This document shows positions 8,184 through 17,932 of a stretch of 55,533 bases of DNA, piece after piece. The stretch comes from a virus. Taxonomy: Duplodnaviria > Caudoviricetes. Below the pieces are notes generated by a model. The model was not told the origin of the DNA and did no database searches. It saw nothing but the letters and a program-made list of their open reading frames with translations. The stretch is from IMG/VR virus record IMGVR_UViG_3300008448_000102, positions 1-55,533 of that record. One strand, given 5' to 3'. Position 1 is the first letter of the stretch; the number at the start of each line of letters is the position of its first letter. The translations under genes and the position numbers were made by a program.

Positions 8184-9071
8184 ATGGCTAAGATAACCAC
8201 ATACCCCAACGATACAAACATCACATCAGGTGATAAGTTAATTGGCACAGACGTTGACAACTCTGATGCTACAAAGAACTTTACCGTAGGTGGACTTCAA
8301 TCCTTCTTTGGTCAGACATTTGTTCCATACACCGGGGCTACTCAGAATGTCAACCTCGGAACCTTTAACTTGAACACAACAGGTGACGGGGCGTTTGGGG
8401 ACTTGGCTGTAACTTCACTTGCTGATGTTGGTGTCCTGAAGGCAAACTTTGGGATTCAACTCCCACAGGGTGCGCTCGAGGTTGGCGCTACAAATGATGC
8501 GGGTTCCACGGGTGAGGTCCTTGTTAGTCAAGGAGCGGGTGTCGCCCCATCTTGGTCTCCATCTCCTTGGTTGATTCCTACGGGTGCGTCATTCTTTGAT
8601 ACGACGGTTCAGTCACCCAATCCTCTTCAGGCTCCAACAAAAATGAAGTTCAATACTACCGATATTTCTTCGGCTACTATTAGTATTGTTAACGACTCGG
8701 TTAGTATTATTCAGCCGATGCCAAGCCGTATATTTATTGCTGATACAGGTGTTTTTAACATTCAGTTTTCTGCCCAACTGCAAAAGACCGCAGGTGGTGG
8801 TACTGATAAGGTTTCTATTTGGCTGCGTAAGAATGGTGTAGATGTGCCAAATAGCACGACACATATCACCATGACAAACAACAATGATTACAATGTTGCT
8901 GCGTGGAACTTCTTTGCGAGTGCGACAACGGGGTTTCCAAACTATGACTACTTTGAAATTATGTGGGCGTCATTGACAGGGGCAACACTTTTGAATTATG
9001 AAACAGCCGACCTGATACCTCCACATCCTGCGGTTCCATCCGTTATCCTTACAGTAAACAAGGTCGCATAA
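8184..9071 (+). CDS. putative tail fibre/virion structural protein
   Basis: MAKITTY..DKLIGTD..TKNF N-terminus, VPYTGAT.NVNLG, C-terminal beta-sandwich (G.FNIQFSAQL). Confidence 0.7.
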   Translation: MAKITTYPNDTNITSGDKLIGTDVDNSDATKNFTVGGLQSFFGQTFVPYTGATQNVNLGTFNLNTTGDGAFGDLAVTSLADVGVLKANFGIQLPQGALEVGATNDAGSTGEVLVSQGAGVAPSWSPSPWLIPTGASFFDTTVQSPNPLQAPTKMKFNTTDISSATISIVNDSVSIIQPMPSRIFIADTGVFNIQFSAQLQKTAGGGTDKVSIWLRKNGVDVPNSTTHITMTNNNDYNVAAWNFFASATTGFPNYDYFEIMWASLTGATLLNYETADLIPPHPAVPSVILTVNKVA

Positions 9072-9301
9072 TGGTCGACATCAGGAAGATATCCATTGGT
9101 CCCGACTATAAGGGTGGCGCTATGCACTACATTGTAGGGCAGAAGGTCATCAACGATACCCATGAGATACACCTGATAAAATATGACGACAGCAAGCAGT
9201 CAGTCAAAATATATATCATAAACGAAAAATCGGAGATTACACTATGGAAGGAGTTCAACTCCACCATACCGATGTCAATCGAATACAATATAAACTACTG
9301 A
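9071..9301 (+). CDS. conserved hypothetical protein (IRKISIG.DYK..AMHY.VGQ)
   Basis: Coupled ORF; pattern recalled from Bacteroidota phages. Confidence 0.8.
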   Translation: MVDIRKISIGPDYKGGAMHYIVGQKVINDTHEIHLIKYDDSKQSVKIYIINEKSEITLWKEFNSTIPMSIEYNINY

Positions 9302-9864
9302 TGAGGTCACCCTTCTATTTCATAGTAGAACCAAAGGACAATAGCAGATACAATAACACCAAGGAGATAGGCGGAGTAGAGTTTATCGTCAACACGTCCG
9401 AGGAGGAGCATAAGTTCTCCAACAGACATGCTATTGTAATGGAGACGCCGCTTGGATACAACGGGCCAATCAAGCCCGGGGATACGCTGCTTGTTCACCA
9501 CAATGTGTTCAAGTTCTATAACGACATGAAGGGTAAGCGAAGAAGCGGCAAGAGTTTCTTTAAGGAGAATAAGTTCTTTATTGAGCCTGACCAATTCTTT
9601 TTATATAAGACCAATGGTGATTGGAACAGTTACGATAGGTACTGCTTTGTTAGGCCCGTTCCTGCCACCGATTGCTACATTAAGAAGCCGTTCACACACG
9701 AGCCTCTAATGGGGGAGATGGTATATCCAAACGATTACCTCAAGTCACGTGGGGTGAATGCAGGTGACAAGGTTTGCTTTACGCCTGAGAGCGAGTACGA
9801 GTTTGATGTAGACGGAGAGAAACTATACCGAGTATACGACCACCAAATAACTATGAAGTTATGA
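9301..9864 (+). CDS. GroES-like two-domain protein
   Basis: TGATG start at 9301; two repeats of FxV.P...(A/G).(V/M)...(I/V)..GD.(L/V) resembling the GroES fold. Confidence 0.55.
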   Translation: MRSPFYFIVEPKDNSRYNNTKEIGGVEFIVNTSEEEHKFSNRHAIVMETPLGYNGPIKPGDTLLVHHNVFKFYNDMKGKRRSGKSFFKENKFFIEPDQFFLYKTNGDWNSYDRYCFVRPVPATDCYIKKPFTHEPLMGEMVYPNDYLKSRGVNAGDKVCFTPESEYEFDVDGEKLYRVYDHQITMKL

Positions 9865-10340
9865 ATATAATTTCATTTGATAATATAATTATAGACCCTG
9901 ATAATTATATTAAAGATATTTTATCCAACAATTTTTGTGACGTACATGATGGTGAACATGTATTCAATGGCATACAGCAGCGTGGTGATGATGAGTTCTC
10001 TGCATACGTTTTGTCTTTATTTCATGGATATGAAGTGACATTTAATTTCATAAGAAAATCCTGCATTGGTCAAGAGGAGCCTAATTATATTCACTCTGAT
10101 GAGATGATGGGGGATATTACAGCCATATTGTATTTAAGCAAAGAGCATCCATCGGATGACGGAACCACCATGTATGATGATGAAAGAAAACCATTGGCTC
10201 GTATTTTTTCAAAGTTCAATAGGATGGTTGCTTTTGACTCATCTATATTGCACTCAAGGAATATATTTGAGAACTTTGGGGAGGAGGATAAATCAAGATT
10301 GATTCAGGTTATATTCCTAAAACATATTTTGATAAAATAA
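9861..10340 (+). CDS. 2OG-Fe(II) oxygenase-like protein
   Basis: HSD, ILYL, GT.MY, FNRMVAFDS..LHSR and RLIQV motifs; markedly AT-rich. Confidence 0.75.
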   Translation: MNIISFDNIIIDPDNYIKDILSNNFCDVHDGEHVFNGIQQRGDDEFSAYVLSLFHGYEVTFNFIRKSCIGQEEPNYIHSDEMMGDITAILYLSKEHPSDDGTTMYDDERKPLARIFSKFNRMVAFDSSILHSRNIFENFGEEDKSRLIQVIFLKHILIK

Positions 10341-10350
10341 CAATGAGGGT

Positions 10351-10635
10351 ATGAGGGATGTAAGGGAAGTGAAGTTGAGGATTATCGAGGCGGGACATCA
10401 GGCCGTAGAGCAACTCATAAAGGTTGCCAAGGAGGACATTATCAAGCACGATAACGAGGAGGAACTATCCGCTGACAGACTAAAGAACGCGGCGGCTACA
10501 AAAAAGTTAGCCATATTTGATGCCTTCGAGATTCTAACTAAGATTGAGATGGAGCGAGAAAATCTCGAGTCATCTAATGCCGATACAAAGCGAGTAGATA
10601 CACGACAAGGGTTTGCGGAAAGAAGGTCAAGATAA
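10351..10635 (+). CDS. putative terminase small subunit
   Basis: Immediately upstream of TerL; helical, with ADRLKNAAATKKLAIFDA. Confidence 0.65.
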   Translation: MRDVREVKLRIIEAGHQAVEQLIKVAKEDIIKHDNEEELSADRLKNAAATKKLAIFDAFEILTKIEMERENLESSNADTKRVDTRQGFAERRSR

Positions 10636-12862
10636 TGAACTATATGTTTCGATTAGGGGTTTCATCCCCACTGCTGTACTAAACAGGAAGAACAAGAGTA
10701 GGTCTTGGGAGTACGGGTATAATGCGGAACATGACATGGTCGTCATTTCAAAGACGGGCCAAGTTGGAGAGGTCGTAAACATATCCGGCCTAAACATAGC
10801 ACTGCCATTGGAACCAACAAAGTGTCCTCAAAGACACTCCAAACCCGAGGAGCAGTATTGGGAACGCAGTGAGTTACCCAAGGAATTGCTAAAGATTCAG
10901 TCCATCTTTCATTGGAATGAGATGCCGGGCGACTTTAAGAACGCTTGGGTGGACTACATAGAGCAGGAGTTCGATTACCGAGAGCAGGGCTATTGGTTTA
11001 TGAACAACGGGGTCCCAACTTATATTACGGGCTCCCACTACATGTACCTTCAGTGGTCAAGTATAGACGTAGGCTACCCCGACTACCGTGAGGCGAACAG
11101 GATTTTCTTTCTATTTTGGGAGGCATGCCGTGCAGACCCAAGGTGTTTTGGTATGATATACCTGAAGATTCGTCGTTCGGGCTTTTCATTCATGGCATCA
11201 TCCGAGTGCGTTAATATCGGAACGCTTGCAAAAGACTCGAGGGTCGGCATACTATCAAAGACGGGGGCCGACGCTAAGAAGATGTTCACCGACAAGGTGG
11301 TTCCAATTAACAGTAAGTTACCATTCTTCTTCCGCCCAATCATGGATGGGATGGATAAGCCTAAAACAGAGTTGGCGTTCAGGGTTCCCGCCTCTAAAAT
11401 CACCAAGAAGAACATGTACGAGGTGAGCGGGGATGACATCATGGGGTTGGACACCACCATAGATTGGAAGAACACAGAGGAGAACTCCTATGACGGAGAG
11501 AAACTATTGTTCTTGGCACACGACGAAAGCGGAAAGTGGGTTAGGCCAAACAACATTCTTAATAATTGGCGTGTAACCAAGACGTGTTTGCGCTTGGGAA
11601 GCAAGATTATAGGTAAGTGCATGATGGGGTCTACCTCAAATGCCCTCAGTAAGGGTGGCGATAACTTCAAGTCCCTGTATGAGGACTCGAATGTATCCTA
11701 TCGAAATGCCAACGGTCAGACAAAGAGTGGCATGTATGGCCTGTTCATACCTATGGAGTGGAACATGGAGGGCTTCATCGACCTATATGGCATGCCTGTG
11801 CTTCGTAAGCCTGAGAAGAGGGTACGCGGAGTGGACGGTGGATGGATAGAAAACGGTGCTATTGACTATTGGGATGCCGAGGTTGACTCGCTAAAGAACG
11901 ACTCGGACGCCCTGAATGAATACTACCGTCAGTTTCCGAGGACAACATCGCATGCTTTTAGGGATGAGAGCAAGCAGTCGCTGTTCAACCTAACCAAAAT
12001 CTACCAACAGATTGACTACAACGACTCCGTCATCAAGGAACACTACCTCACAAGGGGCTCATTCCATTGGAAGGACGGTATAAAGGACACTCAGGTCATT
12101 TGGATGCCCGACAAAAGGGGCAGGTTCCTCATATCTTGGTTCCCAAAACGGGAACTTCAGAACAGGGTCATTGAAAAGAACGGCATTAAGTACCCCGGCA
12201 ACGACCACCTTGGGTCTTTTGGGTGTGACTCCTACGATATATCGGCTGTTGTTGGTGGCAGGGGGTCAAATGGGTCACTGCATGGCATGACTAAGTACCA
12301 CATGGACGACGGCCCGGTCAATGAGTTCTTCTTGGAGTACATTGCCCGCCCTCAAACGGCTGAAATCTTCTTTGAAGAGGTGCTGATGGCCTGTGTTTTC
12401 TTCGGGATGCCTATCTTAGTGGAGAATAATAAGCCGAGGCTGTTATATCACTTCAAGAACAGGGGGTACAGGGGGTTCTGCATGAACCGACCTGACCGAG
12501 AGTTCACTAAATTGTCAAAAACTGAGCGTGAACTTGGAGGAATACCCAACTCTTCCGAGGAAGTTAAGCAAGCACACGCCTCAGCAATCGAATCCTATAT
12601 TGAGAAGTACATTGGGTACGACACGACGGGCACATACCGTGAGCCTGACGTGATTGGGACGATGCCTTTCACCCGAACATTGGAGGATTGGGCAAAGTTT
12701 GACATAAACGACAGGACAAAGTTCGATGCCTGTATAAGTTCAGGGTTGGCTGTTATGGCAAACCAAAAACATCTGTACCAACCCGAGAAAAAACAGACAA
12801 AAATTAGCATTAACTTTGCAAGATATATCAATGATGGAATATCAAGTAAACTGATTAGATGA
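10613..12862 (+). CDS. terL: terminase large subunit
   Basis: Walker A-like KIRRSGFS, Walker B LAHDE, coupling motif GST, nuclease GCDSYD and FDA; TTG start uncertain. Confidence 0.92.
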   Translation: MRKEGQDNELYVSIRGFIPTAVLNRKNKSRSWEYGYNAEHDMVVISKTGQVGEVVNISGLNIALPLEPTKCPQRHSKPEEQYWERSELPKELLKIQSIFHWNEMPGDFKNAWVDYIEQEFDYREQGYWFMNNGVPTYITGSHYMYLQWSSIDVGYPDYREANRIFFLFWEACRADPRCFGMIYLKIRRSGFSFMASSECVNIGTLAKDSRVGILSKTGADAKKMFTDKVVPINSKLPFFFRPIMDGMDKPKTELAFRVPASKITKKNMYEVSGDDIMGLDTTIDWKNTEENSYDGEKLLFLAHDESGKWVRPNNILNNWRVTKTCLRLGSKIIGKCMMGSTSNALSKGGDNFKSLYEDSNVSYRNANGQTKSGMYGLFIPMEWNMEGFIDLYGMPVLRKPEKRVRGVDGGWIENGAIDYWDAEVDSLKNDSDALNEYYRQFPRTTSHAFRDESKQSLFNLTKIYQQIDYNDSVIKEHYLTRGSFHWKDGIKDTQVIWMPDKRGRFLISWFPKRELQNRVIEKNGIKYPGNDHLGSFGCDSYDISAVVGGRGSNGSLHGMTKYHMDDGPVNEFFLEYIARPQTAEIFFEEVLMACVFFGMPILVENNKPRLLYHFKNRGYRGFCMNRPDREFTKLSKTERELGGIPNSSEEVKQAHASAIESYIEKYIGYDTTGTYREPDVIGTMPFTRTLEDWAKFDINDRTKFDACISSGLAVMANQKHLYQPEKKQTKISINFARYINDGISSKLIR
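10822..10837. repeat. 16-bp palindrome copy 2 (GTGTCCTCAAAGACAC)
   Basis: Variant copy inside terL. Confidence 0.8.
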
Positions 12863-15294
12863 AAGAGATAGAAATCAACGTATCATCTACGATATTCCCG
12901 AGTCAGTTTGTACCTGACAGTGTGAAGGAGACGTCGGAGTATGGTCTTCAGATTGGTCAGGCCATACAATACGAGTGGTTTAGGCGAGACGGGAACTCAT
13001 GTAGGTATTACAGTCAATGGAGGGACTTCCATCGACTACGTCTTTACGCACGTGGCGAGCAGCCCGTTGGTAAATACAAGAATGAGTTAGCCATCGACGG
13101 AGACCTTTCGTACTTGAACTTGGATTGGACACCCGTGCCTATACTTCCAAAGTTCGTTGACATTGTTGTCAACGGCATGTCGGACAGGATGTTCAAGGTG
13201 AAGGCATACGCACAGGATGCAATGTCTCAGGCCAAGCGCAATAAGTATCAGGACATGATTGAGGGGCAGATGGCCGCGAAGGACATCCTGCTTACAATAC
13301 AAGAGGAGGCGGGAGTCAATCCTTTTGTGATGGACCCCAATGAGTTGCCCGAGAATGACGAGGAGATGTCCTTGTTCATGCAATTAAAATACAAGCCCGC
13401 CATCGAAATTGCCGAGGAAGAGGCCATCAATACAATACTTGACGAGAACCACTACTACGACACACGTAAGCGGTTAGACTACGACATGACCGTGTTGGGT
13501 ATTGCCGTGGCAAAGCATGAGTTCTTACCCGGAGCGGGCGTGAAGGTGTCATACGTAGACCCCGCAAATGTGGTATACAGTTACACCGAGGACCCATACT
13601 TCACCGATTGTTTTTATTGGGGAGAGATTAAGACTCTGCCCATGACTGAGTTGCTCAAGATTGACCCGACCCTTACCAACGAAGATTTGGATAAGATTAG
13701 TCAGTACAGTCAGAGTTGGTATGACTACTACAATGTGGCTCAGTTTTACGAGAACAGTATCTTCAGCAGGGACACCTGTACGCTACTGTACTTCAACTAC
13801 AAGACCACTAAGAAGATGGTCTACAAGAAGAAGATACTTGAGGGCGGAGGAACTCGTATTATACCAAAGGACGATACATTCAATCCTCCCGTCGAGATGA
13901 TGGAGGATGGTAAGTTCGAGAAGTTAGAGAAGACTATTGACGTATGGTATGAGGGCATCATGGTCATGGGCACCAACATCCTGCTAAAGTGGGAGTTGGC
14001 CGAGAACATGGTTCGACCCAAGTCAGCAAGTCAGCATGCCATCCCCAACTATGTGGCATGCGCTCCGCGTATGTACAAGGGTGCCATTGAGTCGTTGGTT
14101 CGCAGGATGATTCCATTCGCCGACCTGATTCAAATCACCCACCTAAAGTTGCAGCAGGTCATCTCACGTGTCGTACCTGACGGTGTATTCATTGACGCCG
14201 ACGGACTGAACGAGGTAGACTTGGGTACGGGCGCTGCATATAATCCCGAGGATGCACTGAGGCTGTACTTCCAAACGGGGTCGGTCATCGGTCGTAGTTA
14301 TACCCAAGAGGGTGAGTTCAATAATGCACGGGTTCCAATTCAACAACTTACATCCAACTCAGGGGCAAGCAAGACTCAGATGCTTATCGCCAACTATAAC
14401 CACTACATGGACATGTTACGTGCCGTGTCAGGGTTGAACGAGGCAAGGGATGGGTCAACGCCCGACCCTAACTCATTGGTTGGGGTACAGAAACTTGCTG
14501 CATTGAACTCGAACACAGCAACCCGTCACATTCTCGAGGGTGGCCTGTTCATATTCAGGTCTATCTCAGAGGCGCTCACGTATCGTATCGCTGACATTCT
14601 CGAGTATTCCGACTTCAAGGACGACTTCGCAAATAAGATTGGTAAGTACAACGTGTCATTACTGAACGACATCAGTGACCTATATATTTACGACTTTGGT
14701 ATCTTCATCGAGATAGCACCCGACGAGGAGCAGAAGGCCCAACTCGAGGGCAACATACAGATGGCCCTCAGTAGGGGAGACATCAACCTTGAGGATGCAA
14801 TCGACATCAGGGAGATTAAGAACCTTAAACTTGCAAACCAACTACTGAAGGTTAAGCGTGTCAAGAAGCAGGAGCGCGAGGAGAAGATGCAGATGCAGCA
14901 GCAGGCCATGATTTCACAGCAGCAACTCAAAAGTCAAGAGTTGGCGGGTCAGGTTGCCATGCAAAAGATTCAAGCCGAGACACAATCGAAGATGCAAATC
15001 AAGCAAGCCGAGGTGGCCTTCGAGATTCAAAGGATTCAGCAGGAGGCGGAACTCAAGCGTATGCTTATGGCTGAGGAGTTTAGGTACAATCTGCAACTCC
15101 ACGGAATGCGAGAGCAGATGGTCAATCAAAGGGAGGGCGACAAGGAGAAGGCTAAGGAGAAGCGCATTAGCATACAGAACACGCAGCAGTCTAAGTTAAT
15201 CAACCAACGCAAGAATAATCTGCCCCCTATGAACTTCGAGTCAAATGAGGATACGTTGGATGGATTCGACCTTGCGGAGTTTGAGCCGAGATAA
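12859..15294 (+). CDS. portal protein
   Basis: Follows TerL; 811 aa; Gln-rich coiled-coil C-terminus typical of P22/crAss-type portals. Confidence 0.88.
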   Translation: MKEIEINVSSTIFPSQFVPDSVKETSEYGLQIGQAIQYEWFRRDGNSCRYYSQWRDFHRLRLYARGEQPVGKYKNELAIDGDLSYLNLDWTPVPILPKFVDIVVNGMSDRMFKVKAYAQDAMSQAKRNKYQDMIEGQMAAKDILLTIQEEAGVNPFVMDPNELPENDEEMSLFMQLKYKPAIEIAEEEAINTILDENHYYDTRKRLDYDMTVLGIAVAKHEFLPGAGVKVSYVDPANVVYSYTEDPYFTDCFYWGEIKTLPMTELLKIDPTLTNEDLDKISQYSQSWYDYYNVAQFYENSIFSRDTCTLLYFNYKTTKKMVYKKKILEGGGTRIIPKDDTFNPPVEMMEDGKFEKLEKTIDVWYEGIMVMGTNILLKWELAENMVRPKSASQHAIPNYVACAPRMYKGAIESLVRRMIPFADLIQITHLKLQQVISRVVPDGVFIDADGLNEVDLGTGAAYNPEDALRLYFQTGSVIGRSYTQEGEFNNARVPIQQLTSNSGASKTQMLIANYNHYMDMLRAVSGLNEARDGSTPDPNSLVGVQKLAALNSNTATRHILEGGLFIFRSISEALTYRIADILEYSDFKDDFANKIGKYNVSLLNDISDLYIYDFGIFIEIAPDEEQKAQLEGNIQMALSRGDINLEDAIDIREIKNLKLANQLLKVKRVKKQEREEKMQMQQQAMISQQQLKSQELAGQVAMQKIQAETQSKMQIKQAEVAFEIQRIQQEAELKRMLMAEEFRYNLQLHGMREQMVNQREGDKEKAKEKRISIQNTQQSKLINQRKNNLPPMNFESNEDTLDGFDLAEFEPR

Positions 15295-15305
15295 AAAAGT
15301 ATATA

Positions 15306-15313
15306 TAACTTTG
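15306..15313 (+). promoter_or_regulatory. -7 promoter box for the scaffold/capsid operon
   Basis: TAACTTTG followed by AAAATCAAATCAA-ATG. Confidence 0.65.
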
Positions 15314-15329
15314 TAAAAAATCAAATCAA

Positions 15330-16418
15330 ATGGAACTGAAAGTTAGATTAGTTGAAGAGGGTGAAAATAAGGGTGTGCAAGAAATTGAACGCGAACTTGT
15401 TGATAGACATGAGCAGGAGATTCAAGCAGAAGTCGAGCAGCCTTCAAATGAAAATAATGAGGTCTTTGAAAGCAGCAGTGCTGACGAGGACCTGAGTGAA
15501 GAGAGAGTTCTTTCATATATTAGCAAACGCTACAATAAGCCAATCAATTCGTTCGACGAGTTGGTAAGTCAGCGTTCAGAGGCGGAGGAGATGCCCGAGG
15601 ATGTTGCGGCTTATATGAAGTACAGGAAGGAAACGGGGCGTGGGTTTGATGACTTCCTCAAGTTGAGGAAGGACTACGACACAATGGACCCTGAAGATGT
15701 CCTGAAGGAATACTTTTCGGCTACTCAGGATGGCCTCGATGCAGACGACATTGAAGTCCTAATGGACGACTATCGTTACGACGAGGACCTTGATGAGGAG
15801 TCGAAGATTAAGAAAGTAAAGATTGCAAAAAAGAAGGCTATTGCAGAAGCCAAGAAGTTCTTCAGTTCTCAGAAGGAGAAGTACAAGATGCCGCTTGAGT
15901 CAAGTTTGGCAAGCATCTCCGATGAAGAGAAGAGGGAGTTCGATGGCTACAAGCAGTACCTACAACAGGCTAAGACCATCCAAGAGCAGGATGAGCGCAA
16001 GCGGAATTGGTTTGCACAGAAAACGAACGAGGTGTTTGGTGGTGAGTTCAAAGGTTTTGAGTTCAGCATAAACGACCGAAAGTTTACATTCGCTCCGGGG
16101 GATGCCTCCGAACTGAAGAAGGCTCAGTCAACTCCAACGAACTTTATCAATAAGTTCTTGGATGAGAATGGGCTTATGAAAGATGCGGCAGGTTACCATA
16201 GGTCGTTAGCCATAGCCATGAATCCTGAAAAGTTTGCCAAGCACTTCTATGAGCAGGGTTTGGCAGACGCAACCGAGGACGTCATGCGTAAGACAAAGAA
16301 CATCAACATGTCTGAGCGTAGGGCGCCCGAGGTGACAAAGCAGGGCGGATTTCAGGTGAGGGCGGTAAACCCTGACTCCGGGCGAAAACTCAAAATCCGC
16401 AGCAACAAAAACACTTAA
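15330..16418 (+). CDS. putative scaffolding protein
   Basis: Acidic and helical, between portal and capsid. Confidence 0.7.
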   Translation: MELKVRLVEEGENKGVQEIERELVDRHEQEIQAEVEQPSNENNEVFESSSADEDLSEERVLSYISKRYNKPINSFDELVSQRSEAEEMPEDVAAYMKYRKETGRGFDDFLKLRKDYDTMDPEDVLKEYFSATQDGLDADDIEVLMDDYRYDEDLDEESKIKKVKIAKKKAIAEAKKFFSSQKEKYKMPLESSLASISDEEKREFDGYKQYLQQAKTIQEQDERKRNWFAQKTNEVFGGEFKGFEFSINDRKFTFAPGDASELKKAQSTPTNFINKFLDENGLMKDAAGYHRSLAIAMNPEKFAKHFYEQGLADATEDVMRKTKNINMSERRAPEVTKQGGFQVRAVNPDSGRKLKIRSNKNT

Positions 16419-16432
16419 CACACTAAAAAAAG

Positions 16433-17845
16433 ATGGGAATTCTTTCTACACCGACATTCGCCCTACAACCCGCAGCCGAGCGGGTGGCGTTGTCTACAAA
16501 CTACATCACCAACTTCAACTTCCTCAATCAGTATCTTCCTGATACTTACGAGAAGGAGTTTGAGCGTTATGGTAACCGTTCCGTATCATCCTTCCTTCGT
16601 ATGGTTGGAGCCGAGATGCCCTCCGCTTCTGACCAAATCAAGTGGGCTGAACAAGGACGTCTGCACATTAAATACACCCAAGCACAAGCATCCCTTGTTG
16701 TTGCAGCAGGATGTACATTGACTGTCGGTGACCCCGGTGCTACAACTGCCGCTGTTCGCGTAAATCAGACTGTATTCATTCAAAATCCCGCAGGTGCGAC
16801 TAACCGTGGAATTGTTGATTCTGTAACAGGTCTTGTGTTCACCGTAAAGTTTTATGAGGCCGCTGCTGCTATCGCAAATGGTGACCTCTGTACCGTGTTC
16901 ATTTACGGTTCTGAGTTCGCCAAGGGAACATTTGGAATGCAAAACTCTCTTGAGGCTGAGGATAGCATCTTCGACAACAAGCCAATCATCCTAAAGGACA
17001 CGTATGCCGTTAATGGTTCCGACATGGCTCAGATTGGTTGGGTAGAGGTGACAACCGAGAACGGTGCTACCGGATACCTATGGTACTTGAAGTCAGAACA
17101 CGAGACACGTCTACGTTTCGAGGACTACATTGAGACCGCCATGATTGAAGCAGTACCCGCAGCGGCAGGTACAGGTGCCGCTACCTTTATCACAGGTGGT
17201 GCAGCGAACGCCGCAGGAACTCAGGGTGTATTCTATACGGTTAACCTTCGTGGTAACGTATGGGGAGCAGGTAACCCGGGGTCTCTTGGAGATTGGGATT
17301 CTGTTATTGGTCGTCTTGACAAGCAGGGTTCAATCGAAGAGAATGTGGTATTTGTAAACCGCGACTTCTCGTTCGACATTGACGACATGCTTGCTACCTT
17401 GAATGGTTTCAACGGTGGTACTGCTGCCAACGGAGCATCGTTCGGTCTGTTCGACAACGACATCAACATGGCTTTGAACCTTGGCTTCAGCGGATTCCGC
17501 CGTGGCTATGACTTCTACAAGTCAGATTGGAAGTACCTGAACGACGCTACCATGCGCGGTGGTCTTGCCAATGCAGGAAACAATACCGTTACAGGTCTGC
17601 TCGTTCCCGCAGGTTCAACTACCGTGTATGACCAAATCATGGGTAAGAATGCCAAGCGTCCGTTCTTGCACGTTCGTTACCGTGCGTCTGAGGCTGAAGA
17701 CCGCCGCTATAAGACTTGGATTACCGGGTCAGCGGGTGGTGCTGCCACGACTGACCTCGATGCAATGCAGGTTAACTTCCTGTCTGAGCGTTGTGTGTGT
17801 ACCCTCGGTGCAAACAACTTCGTGTTGTTCCGCTACGGAGTCTAA
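16433..17845 (+). CDS. major capsid protein
   Basis: Position after the scaffold; 470 aa; strong codon bias; followed by a hairpin. Confidence 0.88.
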   Translation: MGILSTPTFALQPAAERVALSTNYITNFNFLNQYLPDTYEKEFERYGNRSVSSFLRMVGAEMPSASDQIKWAEQGRLHIKYTQAQASLVVAAGCTLTVGDPGATTAAVRVNQTVFIQNPAGATNRGIVDSVTGLVFTVKFYEAAAAIANGDLCTVFIYGSEFAKGTFGMQNSLEAEDSIFDNKPIILKDTYAVNGSDMAQIGWVEVTTENGATGYLWYLKSEHETRLRFEDYIETAMIEAVPAAAGTGAATFITGGAANAAGTQGVFYTVNLRGNVWGAGNPGSLGDWDSVIGRLDKQGSIEENVVFVNRDFSFDIDDMLATLNGFNGGTAANGASFGLFDNDINMALNLGFSGFRRGYDFYKSDWKYLNDATMRGGLANAGNNTVTGLLVPAGSTTVYDQIMGKNAKRPFLHVRYRASEAEDRRYKTWITGSAGGAATTDLDAMQVNFLSERCVCTLGANNFVLFRYGV

Positions 17846-17870
17846 TAGTCTAACAGTTTAGTATCAACCT

Positions 17871-17916
17871 GAATGGTCAGTGGGGGGTGTCTTCGAGGAC
17901 ACTCCCCCAACCATTC
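17871..17916. terminator. long hairpin after the capsid gene (terminator/stabiliser)
   Basis: GAATGGT..GGGGG-GTGTC-loop-GACAC-T-CCCCC-A-ACCATTC, followed by an A run rather than a T run. Confidence 0.55.
17887..17902. repeat. 16-bp palindrome copy 3
   Basis: Exact GTGTCTTCGAGGACAC, intergenic. Confidence 0.9.
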
Positions 17917-17932
17917 AAAAAAATCAAATCCA

